The translations under genes were made by a program, and so were the position numbers. From Basidiobolus meristosporus CBS 931.73 (taxonomy: Eukaryota; Fungi; Basidiobolomycota): a stretch of 64,000 nucleotides of DNA. The notes below the pieces were generated by a model. That model did not search any database and was not told where the DNA came from. It worked only from the letters and a program-made list of their open reading frames with translations. The DNA lies in NCBI GenBank assembly GCA_002104905.1, contig MCFE01000079.1, positions 116,379 to 180,378 of the forward strand. Reading direction: 5' to 3'. Below are positions 48,751-61,051 of the stretch, in pieces (positions within the stretch are counted from its first letter, which is position 1; each line of letters begins with the position of its first letter).

Positions 48751-51700
48751 TGTTGTAAGAGTTTTGGAGATATTGGAAGTGATTGGGAGAACATGTAGTT
48801 TATGTGGTTTTCACTGAACAATATAGTGAATGTAAAAGTAGTATTTATACTTTTACATGGTCTTGGCATAGAGAACATGTAGAATAGGTTAAGAAAGGTT
48901 CCAAATGCATGTGTGCAGAGTTTGGGGCTGTTTGGACAACTTTTAGAATTTTCAGGTTCTAGGTACCTGGTATATTGGTGAAAATATTCTAAGTAAATCC
49001 CAACAAGGAATTTGGTCAGTATTCTATAGGATTTGGAGGTAATGATCTAAGTGACTAAGCTAGGTGAATATTTTTGTGGAATTACAAATTTTTACAGCAC
49101 TCCCACTCAGCTATATGTTCATATTGACTAGTCCTAATCTTGACCTAAGATATTCAAACTTGTTTCTAGCTAATGGTTTGGTAAATATGTCTGCAATCAT
49201 TTCATCTGTAGGACAGTAAGCCAAGCTCACTAAGTTATTCTCTGTAGCTTCACATATGGAATGATGTCTAATATCTATGTGCTTGGTTCTAGCATGAAAA
49301 GTTGGATTTCTACCTAATTGTATACATCCTTGGTTATCTTGAAAAAAGTAATAGGCATTTTTTGACATAGGCCTAAATCTGTAAAGAGCTTTCTTAACCA
49401 CATTGCTTCTTTTGTAGCTGCACAGGCTGCCATGTACTCTGCCTCTGTGGTAGAAAGTGCTACAGTTGGTTGCTTTCTTGAGTTTCATGAAATTGCTCCT
49501 TTACAGTAAAGAAAGGTGTATCCTATGGTGGATCTTCTGTCTTCCAAATTTTATGCCCAATCTGCATCAGAGTATCCCACAAGATCCTGTTCTGAATCCT
49601 TATAAGTGTATCTTAACCAGATATCAGCAGTTCCTTATAGGTATCTAAAAATCTGCACAACTACTGCAATATGATCAGATCCATAGTTCTGATTATGTTG
49701 GCTGACAACTCCCCCAAATATGAGATATCTGGACGTGTTCCAAGCAGGATATACATCAGACTGCCAACTATAGACTGATAAGGAAAGTCAGGGCTTTCAT
49801 ATGGCACCAAGCTCTCTTGATTTGGTTGAGTTTTGACCAACTCAAGGTTTGTCTCCATTGGGGTAGCTGCCGGTTTACAGTCTTTCATTTTGTACTTCTT
49901 TAGTATATCTTGAATATACTTGGACTGGCTTAGGGTAATAGTCTGGGTACTTCTGTCTATGGAGAGCTTAATCCCTAAGTAGTAACTGAGTTCTCCTAGA
50001 TTGGACTACTTGAACTCCATAGATAGGCTGGATTTAGCTTCTTCCAATGTTTCTAGGTTATTATAAGATCATCCACATATAGAGCTAGCAGAACTGGACT
50101 TGCTCTATCTGGCTTATAGTATATACTATAGTCAGCATTACTCCTTTTGAAACTCAAAAAATCCAAGTAAGAATCTATCTTGCAATATCCAGGCTCTTGG
50201 TGATTGTTAGAGACCATATAGTGACCTTTAAGCTTGCATACCTAATGGGGGTTATCTTGGTCAGCAAACCCATCAGGCTGGTCCATATACATGTCCTCAT
50301 CAAGTTTTCCACTCAAAAATGCAGTTTTTACATCCATTTGATGAATAAAAAACTTATATTTGGCTGAAATAGCCAATATTAATCTAATGGAATTAAACTT
50401 GGCCACCAGTGCAAAGGTCTCAGTATAGTCAAGTCCTTTTGTTCTGAGAGTATCCTTTGGCCACAAGTCTTGCTTTGTATCTTTCATTTGTACCATCAGC
50501 CTTGTGTTTTGTCTTGATGACCTATCTGCATCCATTGATTTTTGGTTGATTGGTAATTTGACTAAGTCCCAGATTTGATTTTCCATCAGGCCCTGATATT
50601 CCTCAGTCATTGCAGATTTCCAAAACTTTGTCTAAGCAATATTTAGGGCCTCTTTTACAGTCTGGGGCTCATCAATATGTACTGAATGGGCACAGGCTAA
50701 GTTTATACCCTCCTTGATATAGCAATTTGGGCTATCTTAGTGTCCAATTGGATCTCTGGGCATTTGATACTGGAATGCTTACTTCTGGGATATTCCTGGG
50801 CACTGATTCTGGCTGAACCAGGCTGTAGAGTCCTTTGGAGTGAAAAAATCTCATTGTTTTGCTCTGATTCAATCCTAACAACTGGTGGACCTGAGATCAA
50901 ATTACTGTCATCATCTGTTATCATTTTTTGTGAAAATTTTGAATTTTCATTAAAAGCACATCCCAGGACTTGATTAGCTTCTCTGCCTTGGTATTGTAGA
51001 GTGTGTATGCTTTACTCCCATTGCAGTAGCCCAAAAATATGCATTTTACACCTTTTGGCTCAAATTTTGACTGATTTCTGGGCAGTTTCTTGGCAGATGC
51101 TGTACACCTGAATATTTTAGATGTTTTGCACTTGGGGTGTATTCATACCACGCTTCAAATGGAGTAGAACCATGAGTATTCTGTTATAAATCCTATTTTT
51201 AAGATATACAGCAATGGCTACTGATTCCGCCCAGGAATCATAGGATAATTTTGATCATGGATCATACATCTTGCCATATCAATTATTGAGCTATTAGCAC
51301 ATTCTGTCACTCCATTTTGCTGTGGGGAGTATGGTTCAATAGTATCTTGCTTTATCCCAGGATTTTGCAGAAGTGGATGAAGAGTTTTGAGGTATATTCT
51401 CCACCATTGTCAGAGCATATTTTCTTGATTTTTTGCACCAGTTTCTCTCTCCACAATGGCTTTAAACTCCCTGAGCTTAGACAGAGCTTCTTCCTTTTGT
51501 TGTTAGGCCTAGGTTAAGCTTGTGAGCTCATTGATAAAGTATTTGGGCTTTTTCTGATGCAGTTGGATCATCTGGCCTGTAATACTGAAGTGATCACTTC
51601 TAGAATACTGCTGGACACTGATTCAGGATGAATCAGGGCTTTAGAGTCCCCTGGACTGAAAAACTTCAATTGTTTTGCTTAAATTCAATCTTCACTTTTG

Positions 51701-54430
51701 ATGGAATAAAGATGAAATTTTTATCACTATCTGATATCATTTTTTGTGAATATTTTCATTTTTCATCAAACAGCACATTCCTACACACTATCAGCTTCTT
51801 TGCTTTAGTATTGCAGAGTCTTTATGCTTTAATCTCATTGAAGTAGCCTTCAGAGTATGCATTTTGCACTTTTTGGCTCAAATTCTGACCAATATCCAGG
51901 CACTTTCTTGGTATAAAATAGACTTGTTTCATCATTCCAGCTGATCATAGTGCCCAATAGTGCCATGGCATGCCAGATGGTGCTTGATCATGCCACAGAG
52001 TGCCAGATGGTGCCATACAGTGCCAACTTGGGATTAATATTGACATGCATATGACCCTGAAATATCAAATTAATAACAAAGTATACAGCACTTTCTGGCA
52101 CTATGATCAATAGCACAATGGAACAAGCCTAATGCACAACCAAATATTTCTGAAGTTATTCACTTGGATTGTATTCATACCATGCCTCAAATGGATAAGA
52201 ATCACATGGTACTCTGTAATAACTCCTAAATCTAAGGTACACAGCTATAGCAACTGATTCCGCCAAAAATCATAGGATAACTTATAATGATGGATCTTAG
52301 ATATTGCAATATTGATTATTAAGCTATTTGCATGTTCTCTTACTCCATTGTGCTGTGGGGAGTATGTTACAGTAGTGTCTTGCTTTATTCCATGAACTTT
52401 GCACCAGTTGATGAAGAGCTTTGAGTTATATTCTCCACCATTTTCAGTGTGTATTCTCTCAATTTTTTCATCAGTTTCTCTCTTGGCCATTGCTTTAAGC
52501 TCCCTGAGCTTAGACAGAGCCTCTTCCTTTCTTTTCATGAAGTAGACCCACATGTAACTTATATAATCATCAGTAAAAGTGATCAAAAACTTCATCCAGC
52601 CGAAGGATAAACTTTTAATAGGTCCACACAAATCTCTGTCCATTAGATCTATTTTGTTCTTGGTTTTGATTTACCCAGAGCTCTTAAACAGTGGCCTGCT
52701 TGTGTTGCATATATGCAGACTTCACAGTGCTCCAGATTAGCTGGGGGGGCCAATCTTCACTACAGAAAATAGCTGATCCTTGATTCTTATGTGCAAGTAG
52801 CCAAAATTGATGTGTCCAAGTCTCCTGTACCAAAGCACTTGAGTTTCCTCACTTAAGCTATTTAGTTTGGCTCCCAGATATAATGGAACACAAGTGAACT
52901 TTTATAAACTCTGATCTCTACTACCCAAAGCAATATAGGCACAATTGTGATCTTGATCTTGCATCCCAAATTGTCAAAGCTGAGACTGAGTCCTTCTACT
53001 GTTGCTTTGCTTACAGATGGTAGGTTCTTGGCTATTTATTGTACAAAGAGCACTTCTTTGAATGCCAGTGTGTGGCTTCCTTCACTGCTTCTAAGGTTTA
53101 CCTGGATAGTTCCTTAGCACACTGAATTAAGTGTTCTATTATCACCCATAAAACCTTCTTGGTTGGAATTTCTTGATATTGAGTACAAAGTTCTTTTTGT
53201 TTGTAAAGTGTTAAGATGCTCCAGAGTCCATATACTATATCTGAAGACTTGTGTCTGTAACCATATATAGTGGAGATATGAATGGTCTATCATCAGTTGT
53301 TGCAGCATCTCCATATCAGGCTTTTTCAGCTGACTATTTCTCTCTTTGAAGCACTGGCCTGATGTGTGTCCTTTCCTTTTCAATAGTTGTAAAGAAGGTT
53401 GCTGTTTCTTTAAATGGTCCTGGGTACCTCTTTTGCTGGTTACCATGGTTTATTAAGGCATTTTTGTCTTCCTTCTTATTGGCACTAAATTTTCTTAATT
53501 TTTATCCAGGAGCCTTCCATACAGCTAATTTAAGGTCAAATATATAGTTCTGGACTCTGGTCCTGGTGCTAGGCCCTAAAACTTGTCTGCCAAGCTTTCC
53601 AGGCTGGTAACTATCACATCCTCATCAGCAGTTGGTACACCCACAGATTCCAACTCATCCACCAGCAGGGTAATTCTGTTAATAAGATTTCTCATATCTT
53701 CTCTGTGCAGCATCTTTGAGGCAAGATTTCTTGTCTGCTATAAATTTTCCAAGACTGGTATGTGTCTTCTAGTGCCTTCCAGGCATTCTTTTCAATTTTT
53801 GCTCTCAAGCATTGAACTAGCAATTTGTCTCTGACATCAAGGCATATGTGGTTAAAGGCACTTTGTTCTTTCATCTGATACTTTAAGGCTTCCTTTCCCA
53901 CACTTTTGGGAGGGCATTCTTGTCCCATGATAATATCCCAAAGGCCTCTTTCTTATAGCAGCTTCTTCATCTTTACCTTCCCACTGGGTAATAAGACCCA
54001 TCAAGCTTCTGAGCAGAGTGAAAAATTCTGGCAAGAGAAGTAGTATACACTACAGAGAGTGACAGCTTAGGGCTCATAAGTGGTTGTATGAGTTTTGGAG
54101 ATATTGGAAGTGATTTGGAAGGACAAGTAGATTATGTGGTTTGCACTTAATGATTGATTGAATGTAAAAGTAATGTTTATACTTTACATTGTCTTGGCAT
54201 AGCAAACAAGTAGAATAGGCAGAGGAAAGTCCCAAGAGCTTGTGAGTAAAGCTTGGGGCTGCTTGGACAGTGTTGAGGATTTTTGTGCTCTGGGTACCTG
54301 TCATTTTGATGAACATATTCCAAGTAAATCCCAACATGGAATAGGGTCAGTATACTTTAAGATTTGTACGTAATGATCTAAGTGACTAAGCTAGGTGCAT
54401 ATTCAGGTGGAATTACAAGCTTTTACAACA
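48751..54430 (-). mobile_element. Decayed Ty1/Copia LTR retrotransposon (gag-INT-RT-RNaseH)
   Basis: 349-bp LTRs at 48751-49099 and 54082-54430; PPT gctgagtgggag; zinc-knuckle remnant KGHTSGQC; integrase DLCGP..TDD..NGGEY..PQHNGV; RT QMDVKTAFL, LYVDD; RNaseH DNQG..RTKHIDIRHH..ADIFTKPL; many stops and frameshifts. Confidence 0.95.
54069..54081 (-). promoter_or_regulatory. Primer-binding site of the internal tRNA-iMet fragment type
   Basis: acttatgagcccta directly after the 5' LTR resembles GGTTATGRGCCC of Drosophila copia/Ty5-like elements. Confidence 0.6.
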
Positions 54431-56170
54431 CTTACAACAGTTCTGCAAGGACCATATAGGAGTATAGCTCAATGACCTTAGGCAAACTAACAAAATCAAT
54501 TTGTTCTCTCAATGGCTTCTAATATCTCTAAAGCTCCTACAACAAAAATAATGCCATGCCCTATGCTGAAGGAATATAACCAACTCCAATAAGAAGCAAT
54601 TCAAGATTGCCGGTTTTAATATGAATGCTGCATCAGTGTAGTGATCCTCAAATGCATGTTAGACAGGCCTTTAGATTGGATACAATTGAATCAAATCTTT
54701 GCCAACTATGCCATCACTCAAAATGAAGCTAATATAACACAACAGGGAGCATATAGCCAGAGCAATCATGACACCTCCAAGTGAGACTAATCCCATAAAT
54801 CAACATGCCAGGAATTCAAGTATCATTTAGCTAAGCCTTTCAGAAGTGCTACCTAGCTGCTCAGGTATGAAAATAAGAGGGACAAACATAAAACAATCAA
54901 AATCTACAGTTTATTTATGTGAGGGAATGGCTAATCTTTTTGCCTGCAACTTATAGCATTAATTCCGATCAATCTAGATGAGTATACATAGCATGAAAGC
55001 TCACTTTGTCATACATAGTTTGCAAAGGACATGAGGTATAGTTCCAAATAAATAGCACTAATCTTATTCCCGCCTAGCATACTCTAGTTGGTATTTAAGT
55101 GAATCTATATATATGAGATTACAAGCGAGAGGTGATAATCTATTAATATTCATTGCTAAGCTTCTGCTTCGATGTACATGAAATAACTTCAGCAAATTCG
55201 GGCCAATTTGATCATTATGCACAGGAGCTACTCAGGATTATTGAGGTACTTCGGAGGGAATTTTTATGATGGAAAGAGTCGAGTTAATGGCCAGATTAAT
55301 GGCAATGTTATATCCAACATCTTGGTAGTAGTGCAACTCCAAACTCCACCTCTCGTGATTGAATTCCAATCGTAGGGTCAGCCAATGTGGCATTGATTAT
55401 ATATCATCCTGAAATGGGAATGGATGTTGATCAAAACTGGATGGTTGGGGGAATTCCATGTGTGCTAAAAATAAGCCAATCTGTCACTAATCTAGCAACC
55501 CCCGGGCCATGTAGTTCGGATGATCTATATCCATAAAATTGGAGAGGGTGGCGATTACTACCGACCTCCGAGATCTCGGTATATCTTTTGTGATAACACT
55601 GCATTTAACCGTGCACAAAAGGGGAGGAGCCGATGGAAATATGGATTATTGCGATAACTCCTTTGGGTGAAGTTTATGCGACTTTAGGAATAAACGTTAT
55701 CTATTGATTGTGGCCTATGCATAACAATCTTAATGCTTTTGGTATCCCCAATGAATCGTCCATCACCCTCAAAATTTACACCAGACATAGCGAGCAGTTA
55801 TGAAGCCGGGAAGGTTGTCCAAAGATAAGCCTCATCAAGTTACCATTGTGGTACAAGGTTTTCGAATCCATTATTGAACCAAGATACAGATATATTGTTG
55901 TGCTGGCATGTATTGTTCTTAATAGTAGATTGTCTCCAAACCCATGGAGATGCTACGTGTGTATGAAGGCTCAAGTCTACATTCCCGGCCTGACACTATA
56001 AGTGGCTGACTACTGCTCATTTCAAGGCGCGCATGGAGGCAGTAACCCTCTCTCGTTCTAATGGAATATTCGCTTCAGTTACGGACACATCTTATCATTT
56101 GTACTTTGTTGTAATTTTTAAACCTAGTTTGACAGACAAGGTTGCAGATCATGGTGTCTGGGTCTGGACC

Positions 56171-56240
56171 CACATTTCTGACTTGCCCTTTAGACTCACA
56201 TTTCTGACTTGCCCTTTAGACTCACATTTCTGACTTACCC
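56171..56240. repeat. 26-bp tandem repeat, ~2.7 copies
   Basis: cacatttctgacttgccctttagact at 56171, 56197 and partial at 56223. Confidence 0.9.
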
Positions 56241-56737
56241 GATGGATAAATGCAAAGCCAAATTAGTCTTATTCTTACTCATCTCAAGGCACCAAGAGAC
56301 AATCACTCTTACTCCTGAAGCATGCATTAAGATATCTTTCCAAAAAAATACGCAGCAGGAAGCTTCTATTGCGGTTATGCGAATTCTCTGGCCAATAGAT
56401 GCGGCAGTCCTGGATTCTATAGAAGTTTCATCTGAGGAGCCCATCCTGCTGATAGATTTGGTGTCTGATACATGCTCACTAGTACAACAATGTATATCAC
56501 TATTCTTGGTACAAGTAAGCCCGTTGACCCCACAATTGGCGTGAATGGATTACTTCCACCGTGGAGCTACGAACCCATTGTGGAGGAGTGCACACCTGAT
56601 CAGCTTTATCAATCCTCAGACCACCTGCTTTGGTAGACCTTCACTATAGCATAGATTAAAGTGCCAAATCGATAAGGTGCTGATTACGAGCGATGCCGTC
56701 TTGTATGTTGGATAATTTTATTTCCTTTGGTGTTGGG

Positions 56738-57235
56738 TTAATATGTGTTTACACCGTATGTAGTTTCAATGCCAATTTTGAGATTGGCAAAGTGCTCGAG
56801 AGCTTTGTCATTATCGTGAACGCCAGCGCATTCGTATTTGCACATCAAACTGAACGCTTGCTCGGTGCACTCGGCAGGGTTGCACATCAGTGGCATCTTG
56901 TCGTCTCCCATTTGGAGCTGTAGGGATGTGAGTTTGTCATAGTCAATCTTGGTATCATAGCTCAGCTGAACGTTCTCGCTGAACACATTAGTAACGAACT
57001 GAAGATTGGTTAGGCCGTCGGTCACGTAAGGTATTTCATAACAGCGACTGTCGCTGCAGACGTTGAGGTCCACAGCTTGGTAGAAAGAGCAGGCGGGTCC
57101 AAAAGTCATAAGCTCTGGAGCGTTGGGTGAGCATTTATAACCAAGCGCAACATTGGCTGTGGAGGCAAAAGTAGCGGCAACGGAAGTGGCGCCAAAGGCC
57201 AAGGTAGCAACGGACAAAATGCAAGAGTAAAGCAT
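56738..57235 (-). CDS. Secreted cysteine-rich protein A (165 aa), intronless
   Basis: Signal peptide, 8 Cys in the mature region, TATA (ttatataag) ~40 nt upstream, CpG-normal composition. Confidence 0.8.
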   Translation of the reverse strand: MLYSCILSVATLAFGATSVAATFASTANVALGYKCSPNAPELMTFGPACSFYQAVDLNVCSDSRCYEIPYVTDGLTNLQFVTNVFSENVQLSYDTKIDYDKLTSLQLQMGDDKMPLMCNPAECTEQAFSLMCKYECAGVHDNDKALEHFANLKIGIETTYGVNTY

Positions 57236-57691
57236 GGTCTTTGAATGAAGTAACGACTACTCCCGCAGTCCTTATATAAGTGATTGGAAAGCTTCGAGTC
57301 CCGAATAACTGGGCTTGGAGCGAAATTCTCAATTTTCGATATCATCTGCAGATTAGCCGCTACAGGAAATATGACCAGATACACCTCTACTTACGGTAAT
57401 TCTAAGCACCTTCTAAATTGGTAGTACACAATGAGAATGCCATTCATTACTGATTCTTTCCTTAACCGTGTACCAAATGCTCCATTGTTTAACCTCTGTT
57501 ACACTGGTTTCTTAGTAATTAGCATACACGAGTACGAGTAAGCTGATATCCACGCAGTAGGTCCCATATATTTCGTAACAACACAAGGCTTTTTATTGCA
57601 AAATCAATTATCTGATATTTTATCCAGCCATTTGGAGGCTGCCAAAACGCATATTATACATATATATTGGTAATGAGGTCGGAAAAGATAT

Positions 57692-58210
57692 TTATTTTGG
57701 TAAGGAGCCCTGAAGAGCTGCTAGCAGTTGTTCCTTAGTCATCCTGTAGGAGTAAAAGTTCTCAGGGAATGGATACTCGCCTCCACCACCACACCTATAA
57801 TTGCAATAGCGGGCAAAATCCTTGTCTGTGCATTTCTTGTCACAATAAAGAGGAACAGCAACTTCACCCCAGTTAGCACTCAGCTGGCTGCTTTGGTCGT
57901 CAACTCCGTCATACGTAGTATTGGCCCAAATAAGACAGCCAGTGCCAAATGGGAAGTTCGCCTGAGGAAGGAGTAGCGGATTCAAGTCATTAAGGAAGTA
58001 CATTTTGAGGCACAAATCCTCCTTGCAGATATCAACGGATCCAGAAACTCGCTTCGCCCATAACTGCATATCTTGGGACTCAGAGTAATAATTATAGTGG
58101 CCAACCTCAAAGTCGGTGTACACAGTGACGTTGGCCTGCTTTACAGGAGCGGCAAGGCAGTTGGATGCGGCGAACACGGTACCGAGTAGCGAGAGAAAAG
58201 CGAAGCGCAT
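57692..58210 (-). CDS. Secreted cysteine-rich protein B (172 aa), distant paralogue of A
   Basis: MRFAFLSLLGTVFAASNCLA signal peptide; Cys pattern shared with A; TATAAA ~45 nt upstream. Confidence 0.8.
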   Translation of the reverse strand: MRFAFLSLLGTVFAASNCLAAPVKQANVTVYTDFEVGHYNYYSESQDMQLWAKRVSGSVDICKEDLCLKMYFLNDLNPLLLPQANFPFGTGCLIWANTTYDGVDDQSSQLSANWGEVAVPLYCDKKCTDKDFARYCNYRCGGGGEYPFPENFYSYRMTKEQLLAALQGSLPK

Positions 58211-59631
58211 TTTTACGGAATGATGTTGGGAATATTCTGCCAAGGCTGCCTTTATAAGTGTGATCTTTGCTCTTGAAAGGGATTGCCAATGTTTTCGATG
58301 GTTCTATCGATTGTGCCGAATGAGCAATACTTCAGATTGTTCTATCTATTGGTTTGGTGAATCCGTCGCCAAGAATTATCCGTTTGGTTGGGCCAATATT
58401 TCTTAGCTTTACAACCCACCTTACACGGCTTATGGGGCTAAATATGCTATTTCTAACCTGGTAAAAGAGAAAATTCCTTCTCTCTGAGGTCTAGATCGGT
58501 GCGGAGAGAATACTTATGAATTACAAGACCTGCCCATAACGTTAGAATTGCTTTTGCCGACACCAAGGCTACCATCGCTATCAACGAAGATTTATCTTGC
58601 ATCGACTCTATCATTGGTCCGCCTTATGACATACACTTGTGGTGGAATGCCTCTTTTCGCGGGGCCTATGCTACGGATGAATGTGATTAACTACTATTGT
58701 TGAGGATAATCGAACATGATCCGAATTTGTTAATATCCATATTGGAATGCCACCTCTATGGGGAAATGCTTATTGTGTCAAGCACTTTGATATCTGGCAA
58801 TCACACCCCAAAGATTTTCCATTCGTGTGTTATTAAGGATGCTGTGGCGCTGCATTAGACATGCGTCTGTACTAAACATCAATGTAAGCTGAATTCTGCA
58901 CTTGCTGGCATTGATGTTGGTTCCACTTTGGCCATGATTTAATGAAACCATACACCAAAACCGAGCCTGCCTTGATAACAAAAGCATTTCCCCTAAAAGA
59001 TACGCTGAATCAACCCACCCATTGATGTAATTAAACCACAGTCGCTTGAACACTTAGTGTTATCTATCATATTGATACTGTTACTTCTTGCTTAATGCAA
59101 AGTGGATATATTTAGATGGCTTGGAGGTCCGTGCTTATGGCATCATTGGCTGATCTGATTACTATAGATTATTCTATATGGGCCAAGCTCACGACTATGC
59201 TTGGATGATATAGCTTAGTCTACATCAGGTAAGTTCGAGACTCTACCTGCGTAAGAAACACTTTCAACATGCAGTGATTGATGGATGACTGCTAGTGAAC
59301 TGATAATTTATGATCAGATTCTCAATTCTGAAAATATATTGCTCCAAATATTTGTGCCCAGCGTGAGAAATATTACAGTTGCCAATTAATATATTTTTTT
59401 TGACATTCTTCAATCGAGAAGTCATGTGAGATCAAGAGGATACCTAGAAATGCTGATGTCTATCTAGGAATTTAAGACTCAGCAGTTACTGTAGCATTTC
59501 CATATAAAGAACAAAAAATTTGTATTAGCCTTATCACTTAGATCCTGTGTTATGGGTCTTTTTAGCTCCTGTTGTGCCTTTGGCTAATGCTTGCTGATAA
59601 TATGCAACAGATGGAATCTTTGTAGTATAGG

Positions 59632-59756
59632 GGGTTAGGAGGACAGTTGCCAACAGGTGAAATCTTTATTCTGGTTGAAACAAAGAAGCCAGCACTACTG
59701 TTGTAGCTTTGATCCCAGAGTACTTAGCTTAAGGGAATTGGTTGGTAAGTTAATAA
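59632..59756 (-). mobile_element. Telomeric array unit 1: degenerate 3' stub of RT family X
   Basis: Mutated copy of the shared 3' motif plus the last codons of the X ORF, followed by agggttagggg. Confidence 0.8.
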
Positions 59757-59760
59757 AGGG

Positions 59761-60105
59761 TTAGGGGAGGGAAAGTCAACAAGTTGGTGAAATCTTTATT
59801 TGAGTCAAGAACTAATCCAGATAAAAATAAAGAAGCCAATTAAGAAGTCTAGAACCTCTCTAATAAGTAATCTAATTTATGTTTTGTTTCATCTCTAATG
59901 TTTGTTTCAATAAAGTAAAGCTCATGAGGGGTAAATATAAAATTCAAGGGTTTTGGGGGAAGTGCAAACTGTAGATCTTTCTGATCAATATAATCCAAGA
60001 CTGGAATCCAGCCTGGGATTAGGTGTAGTAGGAAAGGTGTGTGAACTTGTAAGTAGCTCTGCCACATAGATCTTAGATGGTCTGGTGCTAGTAGTCTTGG
60101 TCTTT
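59761..60105 (-). mobile_element. Telomeric array unit 2: 5'-truncated RT family Y (~345 bp)
   Basis: ttaggggagggaaagtc 3' motif; encodes MWQSYLQVHTPF...KLDYLLERF-stop. Confidence 0.85.
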
Positions 60106-61051
60106 TTAGGGAGACAGTCACCAACAGGTGAAATCTTTATTTCAGTTGAAACACAGAAGCCAGCGCTACTGTTGTAGCTTTGATACAAGAGTGCATAACT
60201 GACGGGAGTCTGTAGGGAAGTTTACAAGAAGTGATGATAGCTCTTCATTGCTCAAGACACTGTTCAGGGGGAAGGGGGGTAGCAAGAGGGGTAAGAGTGA
60301 TTTGTGAACAACATTAATGAGGGGAATGCAATAAGGATTGATATTCATCATAAAGGGAATGTGCTGCTTCAGATATTGCTGCCAAAGGTCTGTCAAGTAC
60401 TTCAGGTAGGCCAGCTTGGGTTTTTCTGACTGCAGAATATAGTGAGCAAACTTCTTGACTCCAGGATCCCCAAGTATAGTTCTCCAGCAGGAGCCAGGTG
60501 TAGTGTGGTGTGTTCTCTTCCAGGTCTTGATCAGTGGGTTGTTGCAGTGTTGAAGTCTCAGATACAATCTGGTTCTAAGGTAGAGTAGTTTGATCTTGTA
60601 GGGCATAAAGCCAAAAGCACCAAGAATAGCATGTCTGTAGGGGCATTCAGGCAAATGAGGCACCAAGGAGGTAATGCACCAAACTGCAAGCTTGTCAAGT
60701 TTAGTGTAGTCTCTGGAGGTAAGAGAGAGCAGTGGTAAGCAAAATTCCAGGACAGGGAAGACAAACTGCTTGAGTAGAAGGAGGCAGCTGGGAGCTGAAG
60801 TTGTAGGAGGAGTTACAGCCAGTAGCTTGTGGAGTGCTTGTCTTGCCAGGATAATTATCCTCTTCAGGTGTGCTCCAGAGTCTAGTCCAGTAGGAAGGAA
60901 AGGAAAGCCAAGATATGTAGCAGAAACCTGAGTAGGTAGAGTGCAGTTGTCTAAGTTGATAGGACAACCCAAAGGTACTGTCTTTGCAATGGAAAGCTGG
61001 AGATTATTCTTCTGCAGATACTGGTGGATGGTCTGAGAATCTTGTTGCACA
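60106..61051 (-). mobile_element. Telomeric array unit 3: 5'-truncated RT family X (~945 bp) with intact ORF end
   Basis: ORF 60166-61050 has late non-LTR RT motifs LQLSIAKT and TYLGFPF and the post-thumb LKQFVFPVLEF motif. Confidence 0.88.

Noticed and set aside
48746-54435. Target-site duplication for the Copia element
   Set aside because: Flanks catag and cttac match at only 3 of 5 positions
43500-54950. Classical RIP as the cause of TE decay
   Set aside because: CpA and TpG remain abundant while CpG is what is missing, which fits methyl-CpG deamination better
56171-56240. CRISPR-like repeat (also considered for the 101-bp array)
   Set aside because: Contiguous tandem repeats without unique spacers, in a eukaryotic context with no cas genes
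60166-60560. C-terminal restriction-like endonuclease (MoTeR/CRE/R2 type)
   Set aside because: No CCHC zinc knuckle or PD-(D/E)xK motif seen before the stop codon
60166-61050. Penelope-like (Athena/Coprina) assignment of the RT
   Set aside because: Visible motifs (L.+..AKT, YLG, PVLEF) are LINE-type rather than the PLE-type FT.E...FLD; the catalytic core is outside the truncated copies, so the clade remains open
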